Shown here piece after piece: positions 1-9,133 of a stretch of 27,671 bases of DNA. Within the stretch, counting starts at the first letter, position 1; each line of letters opens with the position of its first letter. The notes under the pieces were generated by a model, which saw only the letters and a program-made list of their open reading frames with translations, made no database searches and was not told where the DNA came from. The position numbers and the translations under genes were made by a program. This DNA comes from Candidatus Sumerlaeales bacterium (GTDB lineage: Bacteria; Sumerlaeota; Sumerlaeia; Sumerlaeales; Sumerlaeaceae), in NCBI GenBank assembly GCA_038243585.1, contig JBBSQY010000043.1:1-27671 (forward strand), in the 5' to 3' direction.

Positions 1-32
1 CATGAAATCTACTCTTCCGCACATTCGGGAAT

Positions 33-923
33 TTGCCTTTGACCAAGCCTCTTTTTAAGAAAATTAGTATTATCGGGGTTGGCCTGCTCGGCGGGTCTGT
101 AGGAATGGCGGCCCTGGATCGCAAACTGTGCCAGGAAGTCGTAGGCATCGGGCGCGTACAGACGGGCCTTCAGGAAGCTGTCAGACAGGGCGCAATCTCC
201 CGCGGTACCACAGATATGCCGGGCGGCCTGGCCGATGCAGATCTTATTGTCCTTTGTACACCAGTGCGCCACATTTTCGACATACTTCCTGAAGTGGTCG
301 CCGCCGCCAAGCCTGGCGCAATTATCACGGACGTAGGCAGCACCAAGGTATCAATTGTCTCACAGGGAGACGCTATTACTCGCGGCTCGACAAAGTTTTT
401 TGTCGGCAGCCATCCCATGGCCGGGTCGGAAAAAACGGGCGTTCGCTATGCCCGGTCAGATATGTTTGAAAGTTCAACCTGCTTTGTAACGCGTACGCCG
501 GAAACCGACAATGCGGCTTTTGCAGCCGTCTGTGGACTCTGGCGCGCGCTCGGAAGCCGTCTTGTAATAAGTCGACCCAAACGCCATGATAGCCTTACCG
601 CCACAATTTCACACCTTCCGCATCTGGCCGCAGTTGCCCTGGTACGAGCCGTTGAAAGCATCAACGAAGATCGTAATCTTATCCGCGGAATAATCGGCAA
701 CGGCTTTCGCGACACGACCCGCATCGCGGCGGGTGGCAGTGAAATGTGGGAAGACATCTGCGTAGACAACCGCGCGGAAATTGAAACGGCTCGCGCAGCT
801 CTCGACGCGAGCATGAATGAACTTATGAGCGCGTGCAACAGTCCGGAAAGCTGCGACGAACTTCGAACGATACTTGACCAGGCGCGGGAGTTTCGGGAAT
901 TTCTGGCCGTGAAAAGAGACTAA
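33..923 (+). CDS. tyrA: Prephenate/arogenate dehydrogenase
   Basis: Rossmann motif IIGVGLLGGS, then TDVGSTK, FVGSHPMAGSE, HD...SHLPH and GFRDTTRIA, all typical of TyrA. The start is TTG at 33 or 39 (uncertain). Confidence 0.95.
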   Translation: MPLTKPLFKKISIIGVGLLGGSVGMAALDRKLCQEVVGIGRVQTGLQEAVRQGAISRGTTDMPGGLADADLIVLCTPVRHIFDILPEVVAAAKPGAIITDVGSTKVSIVSQGDAITRGSTKFFVGSHPMAGSEKTGVRYARSDMFESSTCFVTRTPETDNAAFAAVCGLWRALGSRLVISRPKRHDSLTATISHLPHLAAVALVRAVESINEDRNLIRGIIGNGFRDTTRIAAGGSEMWEDICVDNRAEIETARAALDASMNELMSACNSPESCDELRTILDQAREFREFLAVKRD

Positions 924-927
924 AGCC

Positions 928-1464
928 ATGCGCAATTGCCCGAGTGATGTGTTTAGCGCCCTTCAAATATGCTCGCTTGGCGTGTGGCTTGTGTTTTCAA
1001 CTGAGGTGAGTCACAAGGCGTTTGCCTCCGAAGCTGAAACTTCCTCAACGGCAAACCTGGCCCGCTGCGGCTCCCTTCCCCAAGGTAAGCTAACGGATGC
1101 AGAACTAGAGAAATTAGTACCTGAAAATTCCAACGGGCGGGTGAGAGTGGCGTGGGGAACGGAAAGTCAGGAAGAAACTTACGGGTTCAATATTCTTCGG
1201 GCCGATAAGGCCGACGGCCCTTATATACCTGTTAATAAGGCGATTATACCTGGTGAAGGAACGACGAACGCGCCGCAATCTTATTGTTATGAAGATAGTG
1301 GGTTGCCGCGCGGGCGCGCCTATTTCTACCAGATCCAAGAAGTGACCAACTCCGGTGGGAAAACCATCGTGGAAGGGACTGCGGCCACGCGGGTTTCCGT
1401 TAAAACGGTGGAGGAAGAGCGCTCTTGGTTGAAGAAAAAGGCTGCCCAAACGCCAGTTAATTAA
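928..1464 (+). CDS. Hypothetical secreted protein with a single Ig/FN3-like beta-sandwich domain
   Basis: Starts 4 nt after the tyrA stop. Has a signal-peptide-like N-terminus ending AFA, then the pattern VAWGTESQEETYGFNILR...YCYEDSGL..G..YFYQIQEV seen in extracellular beta-sandwich modules. Confidence 0.7.
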   Translation: MRNCPSDVFSALQICSLGVWLVFSTEVSHKAFASEAETSSTANLARCGSLPQGKLTDAELEKLVPENSNGRVRVAWGTESQEETYGFNILRADKADGPYIPVNKAIIPGEGTTNAPQSYCYEDSGLPRGRAYFYQIQEVTNSGGKTIVEGTAATRVSVKTVEEERSWLKKKAAQTPVN

Positions 1465-1591
1465 TTGTTTTTTCGATTTTATCCATACGTGTCTCTAATA
1501 TGGTGTTACTGTATTCTGCGCAGCTGTTTTCGAGTTCAATCGCTCGACAGCTGAAATTAAATTTTTAACATTTAACCTGGAGGCTTTTCGT

Positions 1592-2536
1592 TTGCCGACA
1601 ACCTTGATAACCGGCGGAGCCGGATTTGTTGGATCGCACCTTTGTGAGAGATTTCTTGCCGAAGGGCACCACGTAATTTGTATGGATAACCTTATTACAG
1701 GCTCCGTGGCCAACATTGATCACATACGTGACCCTCGATTCACGTTCATCCATCACGACGTCACCGAGTATATGTATATCAAGGGTCCCGTCGACAATGT
1801 CCTGCATTTTGCAAGCCCCGCCAGCCCTATTGATTATCTCCGTATGCCCATCCCCACGCTAAAAGTCGGCTCTCTCGGTACCCATAAAGCTCTGGGCCTC
1901 GCTAAAGCTAAGGGAGCGCGTTTTCTCCTCGCCAGCACCAGTGAAGTTTATGGTGACCCGCTGGTCCACCCCCAGCCGGAAACCTATTGGGGAAACGTTA
2001 ACCCAGTGGGACCACGCGGCGTGTACGATGAAGCCAAGCGATTTGCCGAAGCCATTACAATGGCATATCATACGTTTCATGGTCTGGACACGCGCATTGT
2101 ACGGATTTTCAATACCTATGGTCCGCGAATGCGCCTTGATGACGGGCGCGTTGTGCCCAGCTTTATCGGGTCCGTTTTGCGAGACGAGCCGCTAACGGTT
2201 TACGGTGAGGGCAACCAAACTCGCAGCTTTTGCTTCGTAACCGACCTGGTGGAAGGTATTTATCGGCTGCTAACATCGGAACAGGCTGGACCTGAGCCCT
2301 GTAACCTCGGGACGGAATTTGAAATGACAATTCTGGATTTCGCCAAATTGATATTGGAACTCAGCGGCAGCACATTGCCCATCGAGTATCATCCTCTGCC
2401 GAAAGACGATCCGCAAAGCCGGCGGCCGAACTTGACCAGGGCGCAGTCTGTTCTGGACTTCGATCCAAAAGTACCTCTGCGCGATGGTCTATCGAGAACG
2501 ATAGAGTTCTTCAGGAATCAACACGCAGCGGCGTGA
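1592..2536 (+). CDS. UDP-glucuronic acid decarboxylase (UDP-xylose synthase) family extended SDR
   Basis: Motifs [30 protein letters not shown] (YxxxK), [10 protein letters not shown] and [11 protein letters not shown] start preceded by GGAGG at ~1578-1582. Confidence 0.93.
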   Translation: MPTTLITGGAGFVGSHLCERFLAEGHHVICMDNLITGSVANIDHIRDPRFTFIHHDVTEYMYIKGPVDNVLHFASPASPIDYLRMPIPTLKVGSLGTHKALGLAKAKGARFLLASTSEVYGDPLVHPQPETYWGNVNPVGPRGVYDEAKRFAEAITMAYHTFHGLDTRIVRIFNTYGPRMRLDDGRVVPSFIGSVLRDEPLTVYGEGNQTRSFCFVTDLVEGIYRLLTSEQAGPEPCNLGTEFEMTILDFAKLILELSGSTLPIEYHPLPKDDPQSRRPNLTRAQSVLDFDPKVPLRDGLSRTIEFFRNQHAAA

Positions 2537-2589
2537 TGCAAACAAATTGATGCAGCGGATGAGGTGCGGTAAACAATAGTAATTCCGTC

Positions 2590-2619
2590 AAGAAGTAGCA
2601 TTGGTGTCCGGCATGTGTC
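2590..2619 (+). repeat. Degenerate GTAG-type REP-like element, copy 1
   Basis: AAGAAGTAGCATTGGTGTCCGGCATGTGTC matches 14144-14173 at 24/30 positions without gaps. It is intergenic, between convergent genes. Confidence 0.5.
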
Positions 2620-2702
2620 TATTTGTCAGAGCGCGACTTGTACTGCCAATTTATACTTCTGAAAGCTTTTTCACTCCCGCAGACAATCAAACATCGGAGT
2701 GA

Positions 2703-3461
2703 TTACGAAATGGAGACCTGCGCCGTCGCAGGATTAGGTGACGGTTCGCTTTCGTTATCCATCTCAGCCATGGCGTCTCCGATATAGACCCAGTCCCCAT
2801 GAATCCATTTGCATGTGTGCTTCTTCATTCCGATGTGCTGATGAAGAGTGGACGCGATCGGGAAAAACTGTAAATGCAGATCCAGCGTATAAAAATAACA
2901 GCGCTGACATGGGGTCGCGATGATGACCTGTCGACGGGCGACCCGTTTAAGTTCCTTGATGGCCGCAGGCAAATCCCGTAAATGTTCGATGGTATGATGA
3001 CAGGTTACGATGTCAAAAGCATTATCCGCAAACGGAAGCGCGCCAATGCTTCCGTTGACGTTCTTAATTCTGCCGGGTGCAGGAAGGGTCTTAACGTCGC
3101 AGCCGGTTAGTTCCAGATCAGTTTGCTCCGCCACCAGATTTAGCCAGTGGCCCCGGCCACAACCCACATCCAGCAGGTTCCGAGCGTGGGGGTCAAGGTG
3201 CGCAATCATGTAACGAATGCTTTCCTCATTAAGGTCCGTAGGCCGGTCCGATGCGCGGCAGTTTAGGTTCCGATAGATACCGTTAAACTCTTCTTCGCTT
3301 AACGTATAAGCTATATCTTTAAAGTCCATATAGGTATCGACGTTTTTGCCTTTAAACCAAATATGGAAAAACGGATACATAAACCAGCGGCTGTCGCGAA
3401 TGCGAGGGGGAAGGAGTTCATCCATGACAAACCGGATGGAATTGGTTAACTTGCGGTTCAT
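2703..3461 (-). CDS. Class I SAM-dependent methyltransferase
   Basis: Motif I LLDVGCGRG, then LPFADNAFDIVTCHHTIEHL and ELKRV. Confidence 0.9.
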   Translation of the reverse strand: MNRKLTNSIRFVMDELLPPRIRDSRWFMYPFFHIWFKGKNVDTYMDFKDIAYTLSEEEFNGIYRNLNCRASDRPTDLNEESIRYMIAHLDPHARNLLDVGCGRGHWLNLVAEQTDLELTGCDVKTLPAPGRIKNVNGSIGALPFADNAFDIVTCHHTIEHLRDLPAAIKELKRVARRQVIIATPCQRCYFYTLDLHLQFFPIASTLHQHIGMKKHTCKWIHGDWVYIGDAMAEMDNESEPSPNPATAQVSIS

Positions 3462-3841
3462 AGCATCACTATCTTTTTAGCAGTGTTTATGTAAGACGCG
3501 GCCAAGATAATTTAATTCGCCATCAGCAGCATTGTGAGCCGTCTAGGAATAAGAAATTTTCATAGCGACCCCGGGATAGGCTATACGAATATTTTAAGTG
3601 AAACTGTCTGAAATTCACTGAACCGCTTCATGCCCTTCATTAGGTGATATCCCCCTTGTTAGCGTATATATGGCGCGGGACCCACTGCGCGGGCTGCCCC
3701 TGCTGATTGGAGGGCTCGCGATACTCTGGCGAAACGACCAAAAACAATCACATCCGACACCAAACGAATAACAGAGCTTCAAACCTCATAAAGAGGCATT
3801 GTTCCGGCAGCGTCGTGTTGTATAGACGCAAAGCCAAAAAC

Positions 3842-3931
3842 GGAGAGATGGCCGAGTGGTTGAAGGCGCTCGCCTCGAAAGCGAGTGTGCCAGAAATGGT
3901 ACCCAGGGTTCGAATCCCTGTCTCTCCTCCA
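3842..3931 (+). tRNA. tRNA-Ser (anticodon CGA)
   Basis: Acceptor stem GGAGAGA/TCTCTCC. Anticodon stem CTCGC/GCGAG with loop CT-CGA-AA (anticodon 3876-3878). Long variable arm, T-arm CAGGG-TTCGAAT-CCCTG, encoded CCA. Confidence 0.98.
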
Positions 3932-4346
3932 GCTTTTCTTATTTATCTTAAACAACTGCTTCCGCTATAAAATGGTGGCGCAGGTCCTTTTGGGAATTTC
4001 CTTTTTTGCCGGGATAACGTTGGCTTCGTCGCCGGATGTTGGGTTCCATGCAGACGCAGAATTGCTGAGTTTCACGGTAGCGACATGCAGACTTCGGCAG
4101 GTCCAACAGATGACCGCATTCATGAATGCCAGTGCTACTTTTTCAAAGTCGGAAACCGGGCTGGCCTTATATATGTAATCTATATGGATTGTAATGGCCT
4201 CCCATTGTTCAAAAACGCCTTGCGTAGTTTGAATTGCATTCATATTTTCAGCTCTGGTATGATCAGTGGCAACATGCCACCATGTCAGCCGGAGCTACCT
4301 CTGTGCCGACGCAGACTGTTTTTAAATCATGAAATAGGTACTGTAT

Positions 4347-5612
4347 TTGAAATTTACGTTTATCCATACAGCGGACATTCATCTAGATAGTCCATTGCGC
4401 GGCTTAGGGGCTTATAGTCAGGGGCTTGCTGATTGCTTTCGCGAGGCCAGCCGCACCGCCTTCGTCCACCTGGTTGACGCCGCTATTGATCGCGAGGTGG
4501 CGTTTGTTGTGATTGCCGGAGATATCTTCGACAGCGATTGGAAAGATTATTCCACAGGCTTATTCTTTGTCCAACAGATGGGACGGCTGGATCGAAAAGG
4601 AATTCCGGTTTACGCACTATCCGGAAATCACGACGCCGCCACGGAGATCACTAAAAATCTGCGCTATCCTGATAACGTGAAAATGTTTGATACGAAAGAA
4701 CCCGAAACTTTTATTGATGAAGCGACCGGTGTGGCTCTGCACGGCCAAGGTTTCCACAACCGCTGGCATGATAAAAACATAGCTGAAGATTATCCAAGGC
4801 CGGCTGTCGGCGCGTTCAATATTGGCGTTCTGCACACGGCCTGTGGCAGCACGCTGCATGATAATTATGCACCCTGTTCTGTGGAGCAGCTTTGCAACCA
4901 TGGGTATGATTACTGGGCGCTTGGCCATGTCCACGGTCATGCCGTGTTAAGCGATAATCCTTATGTGGTTTTCTCCGGTAATCTGCAGGGACGTCACGTC
5001 CGTGAAGCGGGGGCAAAAGGTTACTGCCTTGTGGAAGTAACGGAAAATGAAGTCACATCTTTCAACCATATAAGCTGCGATGTGGCGCGTTGGTGTGATC
5101 TGGCTGTGGATCTGGAACTAACTGAATGTTCCGATTTGGATTCTGTCCTGGATCAGGCCACAGTGCTTCTAGCCGACGCTGTTGCCGAGGCTGACGGCAG
5201 GCCGATAGCGTTTCGGCTTCGCCTTACCGGCGCGACTTCGCTGCATACGGTCTTAATGCGCGATCTTCCGGACCTTCGAGCGCAGATCGAGGCCGTCGCT
5301 TTGTCTGTTGGTGACAAAGTTATGCTGGAGAAGCTCCAAGTGCGAACCGTGGATTCCGCAATGGCGGTTGCATCTGAAAGTCTAGAGCACCAAGATCTGG
5401 TGTTAGAATTAGTCAACGAGATGGACTCACCGGAAGTGGTGTCGGCGTTGGAGTTGGAGATCGCGGGCATGATGAAGCTATTAAAAACCAAACTTCCTAA
5501 CAAAGATGAATTATTACCGGATGAGGCGGAGCTTGCTGAGATAATCGCGGAGGCAAAAGCCTTAGTTGCGGCACGGCTTACGCACAAGGAAAGCGCTGGC
5601 CATGCGAATTAG
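4347..5612 (+). CDS. SbcD/Mre11-type metallophosphoesterase nuclease (YhaO-like)
   Basis: All five motifs are present: ADIHLD, AGDIFD, GNHD, LHT and LGHVH, followed by SGNLQGRH..E.G.KG, characteristic of YhaO-like proteins. TTG start. Confidence 0.92.
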   Translation: MKFTFIHTADIHLDSPLRGLGAYSQGLADCFREASRTAFVHLVDAAIDREVAFVVIAGDIFDSDWKDYSTGLFFVQQMGRLDRKGIPVYALSGNHDAATEITKNLRYPDNVKMFDTKEPETFIDEATGVALHGQGFHNRWHDKNIAEDYPRPAVGAFNIGVLHTACGSTLHDNYAPCSVEQLCNHGYDYWALGHVHGHAVLSDNPYVVFSGNLQGRHVREAGAKGYCLVEVTENEVTSFNHISCDVARWCDLAVDLELTECSDLDSVLDQATVLLADAVAEADGRPIAFRLRLTGATSLHTVLMRDLPDLRAQIEAVALSVGDKVMLEKLQVRTVDSAMAVASESLEHQDLVLELVNEMDSPEVVSALELEIAGMMKLLKTKLPNKDELLPDEAELAEIIAEAKALVAARLTHKESAGHAN

Positions 5613-8600
5613 AAAGCTTAATCTGAAACGTTACGGCCATTTTGAAGATCATGAGCTGGAGTTTCCCGACACCGGGATTACGATTATCTATGGTCCGAAT
5701 GAAACGGGAAAGTCCACCAGTCTCTCAGCCATATCAGATCTGTTATACGGATTTAAACATAGCACACCATACGATTATAAGTTTGAAAGTAAGATGCTTC
5801 GAATTGGAGCTTCGCTGATCAGTCGGTCCGGAGATAGTTTATCGTTTAGCCGTCGTAAAGGCAACAAGGAAACCCTCCTTGATGAAAACGACTCCACCCT
5901 TCCTGATTCCTCCCTGTCGCCATTCCTTGGCCAGTCGGTTAAGGAATTCTTCGAAACCGCTTTTGGTTTGTCGCACGAGCGACTGCGCGAGGGGGGCGAC
6001 GGCATATCCAGGTCCGGCGGCGACCTTGGTAAAATCCTGTTTGAGTCCGGTTCTGGCATAAACGATCTCGCTGATATTCAGAAGTCGCTGGATGATGAAG
6101 CAGACGGTATTTTTGGCAAAAACAAAAAAGGGAGCCGGGTCTTATACCAGGCAATTGATAGCTATCAGAATGCCGCGTCAGAGTTCAAAAGTGCTTCGGT
6201 GAAGCAGCAGGATTGGCTTAGCTGTCAGCGCGCGGTGTCAGAGGCCGATGATCTTCTGGCGGGCATTCGCACAACCCTCTGCGAGCTAAAAGATAGACAG
6301 GCGATGCTGACAAGATGGCAGCGGGTGATGCCCATCCTGCGTGAAATCGATGCGTTGCGCGAGGATGCCTCACAATATGGTGAACCAAGTAGCCTGCCAG
6401 TGGACGCACGGGATAAATATGCAACCGCACTGAGTCGGAAAAGACATAGTGAGGACTATCTCGTAGAAACTCAGACTCATTTAAGTGAATCGCGCGAGCG
6501 TCTGGCCGAGTTTGTCGTAAACGACAAATTGCTGGATGCGCAGGAGACAATCGAAGCTGCCTATCAGCGCATAGCCAGTGTTGAAGAGCACATTGAAGCG
6601 CTTCCTGTTGTCGAAAATGAGTTACATGAACTGGATAGACAGATCGGCGACCAAGCGGGTAAACTGAATTTGCCTGTTGATGGCGGACAACCTGATATCC
6701 CGGGGCCTCTGAGTCTTATTGCGTTATCAGATCTTGTCACGGCGAGGCAAAAGTTGGATACCGCTCTCAGCAAAGCCGCCGAAGATGAGGCGATGACGGT
6801 TGCCCAGATAGGAGATCGGCAGCGTGAACTAGTAACTCTTGGTGACGTGTCAGATTCTGAAATAGACAGCAAAATTTTTCACCAACTCCGTGCCACATTT
6901 GCGGCTCTTGGCGCAGGCGGGCAGAAAAAACGAGACCTGACACGTGTGGAAAAAAAGATCAACAAGCTGCTGATAAGGCTTTCGCGATGGAACAAAACCC
7001 AGCGCGAACTTCTTGCAATGCTCTTGCCATCGCCCGCCGTAATAGAGCAGCATCGCAATGGTATTGAACTAGCGCACGCCAACCTTGAAAAAGTTAAAGA
7101 CAAGGTGGAAACGTCGCAGGCCAACCTGTACGCGGCGCTTCAGGAACTGGAAGATTTTCAGGAACGAGAACGTTTTGTATCCGACGAGGATCTTGCCGGT
7201 GCCCGCGGGTTGCGGCAGGATGCCTGGCTACTGGTTCGTCGTGCACTTGACGACAACCTTAGTCCGAACGCTAAAGAGCTTGCAATGTTTAATGCCGGGG
7301 ATCAGCTGGGTCCTGTGTACGAAACCCTGACCGCCAAGGCCGACGATGTCGCAGACTCACGCCTCGATTCGGTGCAGCAGATCGTGCAGCATAAACGTCT
7401 TCAACAAGATGCTGCCTCGAAGCAGAAGGCCTACGACGGATTTCAAAAACAGCTTAAACAATCAGTGGAGGCGGTCGATGCCGGCGTTGCTGCATGGGAA
7501 GTGATTTGTCAGCCATTTTTGCTATCGCCCATTTCGCCTGCGGAAATGCTGGAAGATCTTGTTACAATAGAAGCCATTAACGAAGCCGCCAGTACCCAGG
7601 ATGAACTCGCGGACGAAATATTATTGGCCGAGAACGGAATGGCAAAGGCAACTGCAGAGCTGGCGGCTGTGGCCGACAGGCTTGGTATCGTCGACGCACG
7701 TTCATCGGACACGGACGCCCTTTTAGCGCAAGTGGAGACAGCTCTAGAGCAGAAAAAGGAATCGTTTACAAAAGCAGAAAAAATACGCGCCCGCATCACC
7801 GAACAAGAATCTGTACAGGCAAAGTACCAGTTGGAGATTGCGGCATTAAACCAAAAAATTAAGGAGTGGCAGTCCGAATGGAACGGCTGCTGCAGCGAGG
7901 TAAAGATCAAGCCCGAGCTCACCCTCACGCAGGTTGTTGAAGTTGCGAGAGTTTGGGAAGAATTATCCCGCAAAATGGAAAATCGCGAAAGGCTTCAGGC
8001 TCAATTCCGTAAGAACCACTTAGTTATTGAGCAGTTCATTAAATCCGTCAAAACTCTCGCCAGTGCTCTCCAGCCGTGCGCTGTCATAAATCATGCAGGT
8101 CATGCGGTTGATCTAGTGCGGCAGCTTCATTCGGAATCCGTCAGGATGCAACAGATTGCTACTAGTCACATGGATCAGGAAAAGCACATTGCAGAAATGA
8201 AAAAGGCTTTGGACAAGCACCATGCTGTAATTCTGGAGTCAAATAGCGACATAAAAGTTCTAACGGATTTGGCACGGGTCGAATCCGAAGAATTACTTCC
8301 TGATGCTATTACTCGCGCCGAGAACCAGAGAAAGCTTGAAGCGGCAATAGACAGCGCGAGCCGACGCCTGAGCGAAGCTGGCGAAGGGGTGCGAGAAGAT
8401 GCGCTCCGCGAATCGGTTGACAATGTGCCCTTAAGCGAAATCGCCAAGGAGCTGGACGATTTATCTGCGGAAGTCGATGGCAAAGACAGGGAACGTGAAG
8501 AAGCCGTCCGCAGTTGTGAACAAACCCGCAGCGCCCTTCATGCCTTGAAGTCGAAGTCTGGTGCTCACCAACATGCCCAGACCATGGAAAACGCACTCGC

Positions 8601-9120
8601 ACAAATGAACGTGCAATCACGTGATTATTTGCGTCTCCAGGCGGCCTCAATCCTGCTGAAACATGGAATTGAGAAGATTCGCGACAAACATAAAGATCCA
8701 ATTCTTATAAAAGCCGGCGAAAATTTTAACGTGTTGACCGGAGGATCTTTCGCCGGTCTTGGTAGCGAGTTTGATACGAGCGACAACCTTACAATTGTAG
8801 GCATTCGACCGACCGGCAACTATGTTGATGTGGGCAATATGAGCGACGGTACCCGCGACCAGCTTTACCTGTCGCTGCGGCTCGCCTTTGTAGAAAGCTA
8901 CTGCGCCACAGAAGAACCACTGCCATTTATCGGCGACGATTTGTTCGTTCACTTTGATGATGAACGCACTACAGCCGGGCTAAACCTTCTAGCCCGGCTG
9001 CGCGATTGTCAGGTGATATTGTTTACGCACCATGAGCACCTGATGAAGTTGGCCAAATCCGTGCTGGGAGACCACGTGACATTGCTGTCATTAAAAGCGA
9101 ACCAATCCAGGTACAGCTGA
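5602..9120 (+). CDS. SbcC/Rad50-like long coiled-coil ATPase (YhaN/SbcE, AAA_27 type)
   Basis: Walker A GPNETGKST, a long coiled coil, signature MSDGTRDQLYLSLRLA, Walker B FIGDD, D-loop LFVHFD and H-loop FTHH. Start reassigned to ATG 5602 (MRIRKL; AAGGA upstream), overlapping the nuclease gene end by 11 nt. Confidence 0.92.
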   Translation: MRIRKLNLKRYGHFEDHELEFPDTGITIIYGPNETGKSTSLSAISDLLYGFKHSTPYDYKFESKMLRIGASLISRSGDSLSFSRRKGNKETLLDENDSTLPDSSLSPFLGQSVKEFFETAFGLSHERLREGGDGISRSGGDLGKILFESGSGINDLADIQKSLDDEADGIFGKNKKGSRVLYQAIDSYQNAASEFKSASVKQQDWLSCQRAVSEADDLLAGIRTTLCELKDRQAMLTRWQRVMPILREIDALREDASQYGEPSSLPVDARDKYATALSRKRHSEDYLVETQTHLSESRERLAEFVVNDKLLDAQETIEAAYQRIASVEEHIEALPVVENELHELDRQIGDQAGKLNLPVDGGQPDIPGPLSLIALSDLVTARQKLDTALSKAAEDEAMTVAQIGDRQRELVTLGDVSDSEIDSKIFHQLRATFAALGAGGQKKRDLTRVEKKINKLLIRLSRWNKTQRELLAMLLPSPAVIEQHRNGIELAHANLEKVKDKVETSQANLYAALQELEDFQERERFVSDEDLAGARGLRQDAWLLVRRALDDNLSPNAKELAMFNAGDQLGPVYETLTAKADDVADSRLDSVQQIVQHKRLQQDAASKQKAYDGFQKQLKQSVEAVDAGVAAWEVICQPFLLSPISPAEMLEDLVTIEAINEAASTQDELADEILLAENGMAKATAELAAVADRLGIVDARSSDTDALLAQVETALEQKKESFTKAEKIRARITEQESVQAKYQLEIAALNQKIKEWQSEWNGCCSEVKIKPELTLTQVVEVARVWEELSRKMENRERLQAQFRKNHLVIEQFIKSVKTLASALQPCAVINHAGHAVDLVRQLHSESVRMQQIATSHMDQEKHIAEMKKALDKHHAVILESNSDIKVLTDLARVESEELLPDAITRAENQRKLEAAIDSASRRLSEAGEGVREDALRESVDNVPLSEIAKELDDLSAEVDGKDREREEAVRSCEQTRSALHALKSKSGAHQHAQTMENALAQMNVQSRDYLRLQAASILLKHGIEKIRDKHKDPILIKAGENFNVLTGGSFAGLGSEFDTSDNLTIVGIRPTGNYVDVGNMSDGTRDQLYLSLRLAFVESYCATEEPLPFIGDDLFVHFDDERTTAGLNLLARLRDCQVILFTHHEHLMKLAKSVLGDHVTLLSLKANQSRYS

Positions 9121-9133
9121 CCATTGTAGAGGA

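Noticed and set aside
3825..3835. GACGCAAAGCC, resembling the c-di-GMP-I riboswitch core
   Set aside because: The upstream GGCAAAC/GNRA stem and downstream P3 stem are absent, and it sits directly ahead of a tRNA.
3910..3931. Search for a downstream duplicate of the tRNA 3' end (attR)
   Set aside because: None was seen by eye and there is no integrase, so a bounded genomic island cannot be called.
3973..3998. Minus-strand ...CCTGCGCCACCA, resembling a tRNA 3' end or att site
   Set aside because: There is no T-loop at the required spacing and no match to the adjacent tRNA-Ser.
3707..4178. ORFs 3707..3970 and 3885..4178 as called
   Set aside because: They run through the tRNA-Ser gene, so the starts are spurious.
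5566..5601. ORF-track TTG start for the YhaN-like ATPase
   Set aside because: ATG 5602 has an RBS and gives the typical MRIxxL N-terminus.
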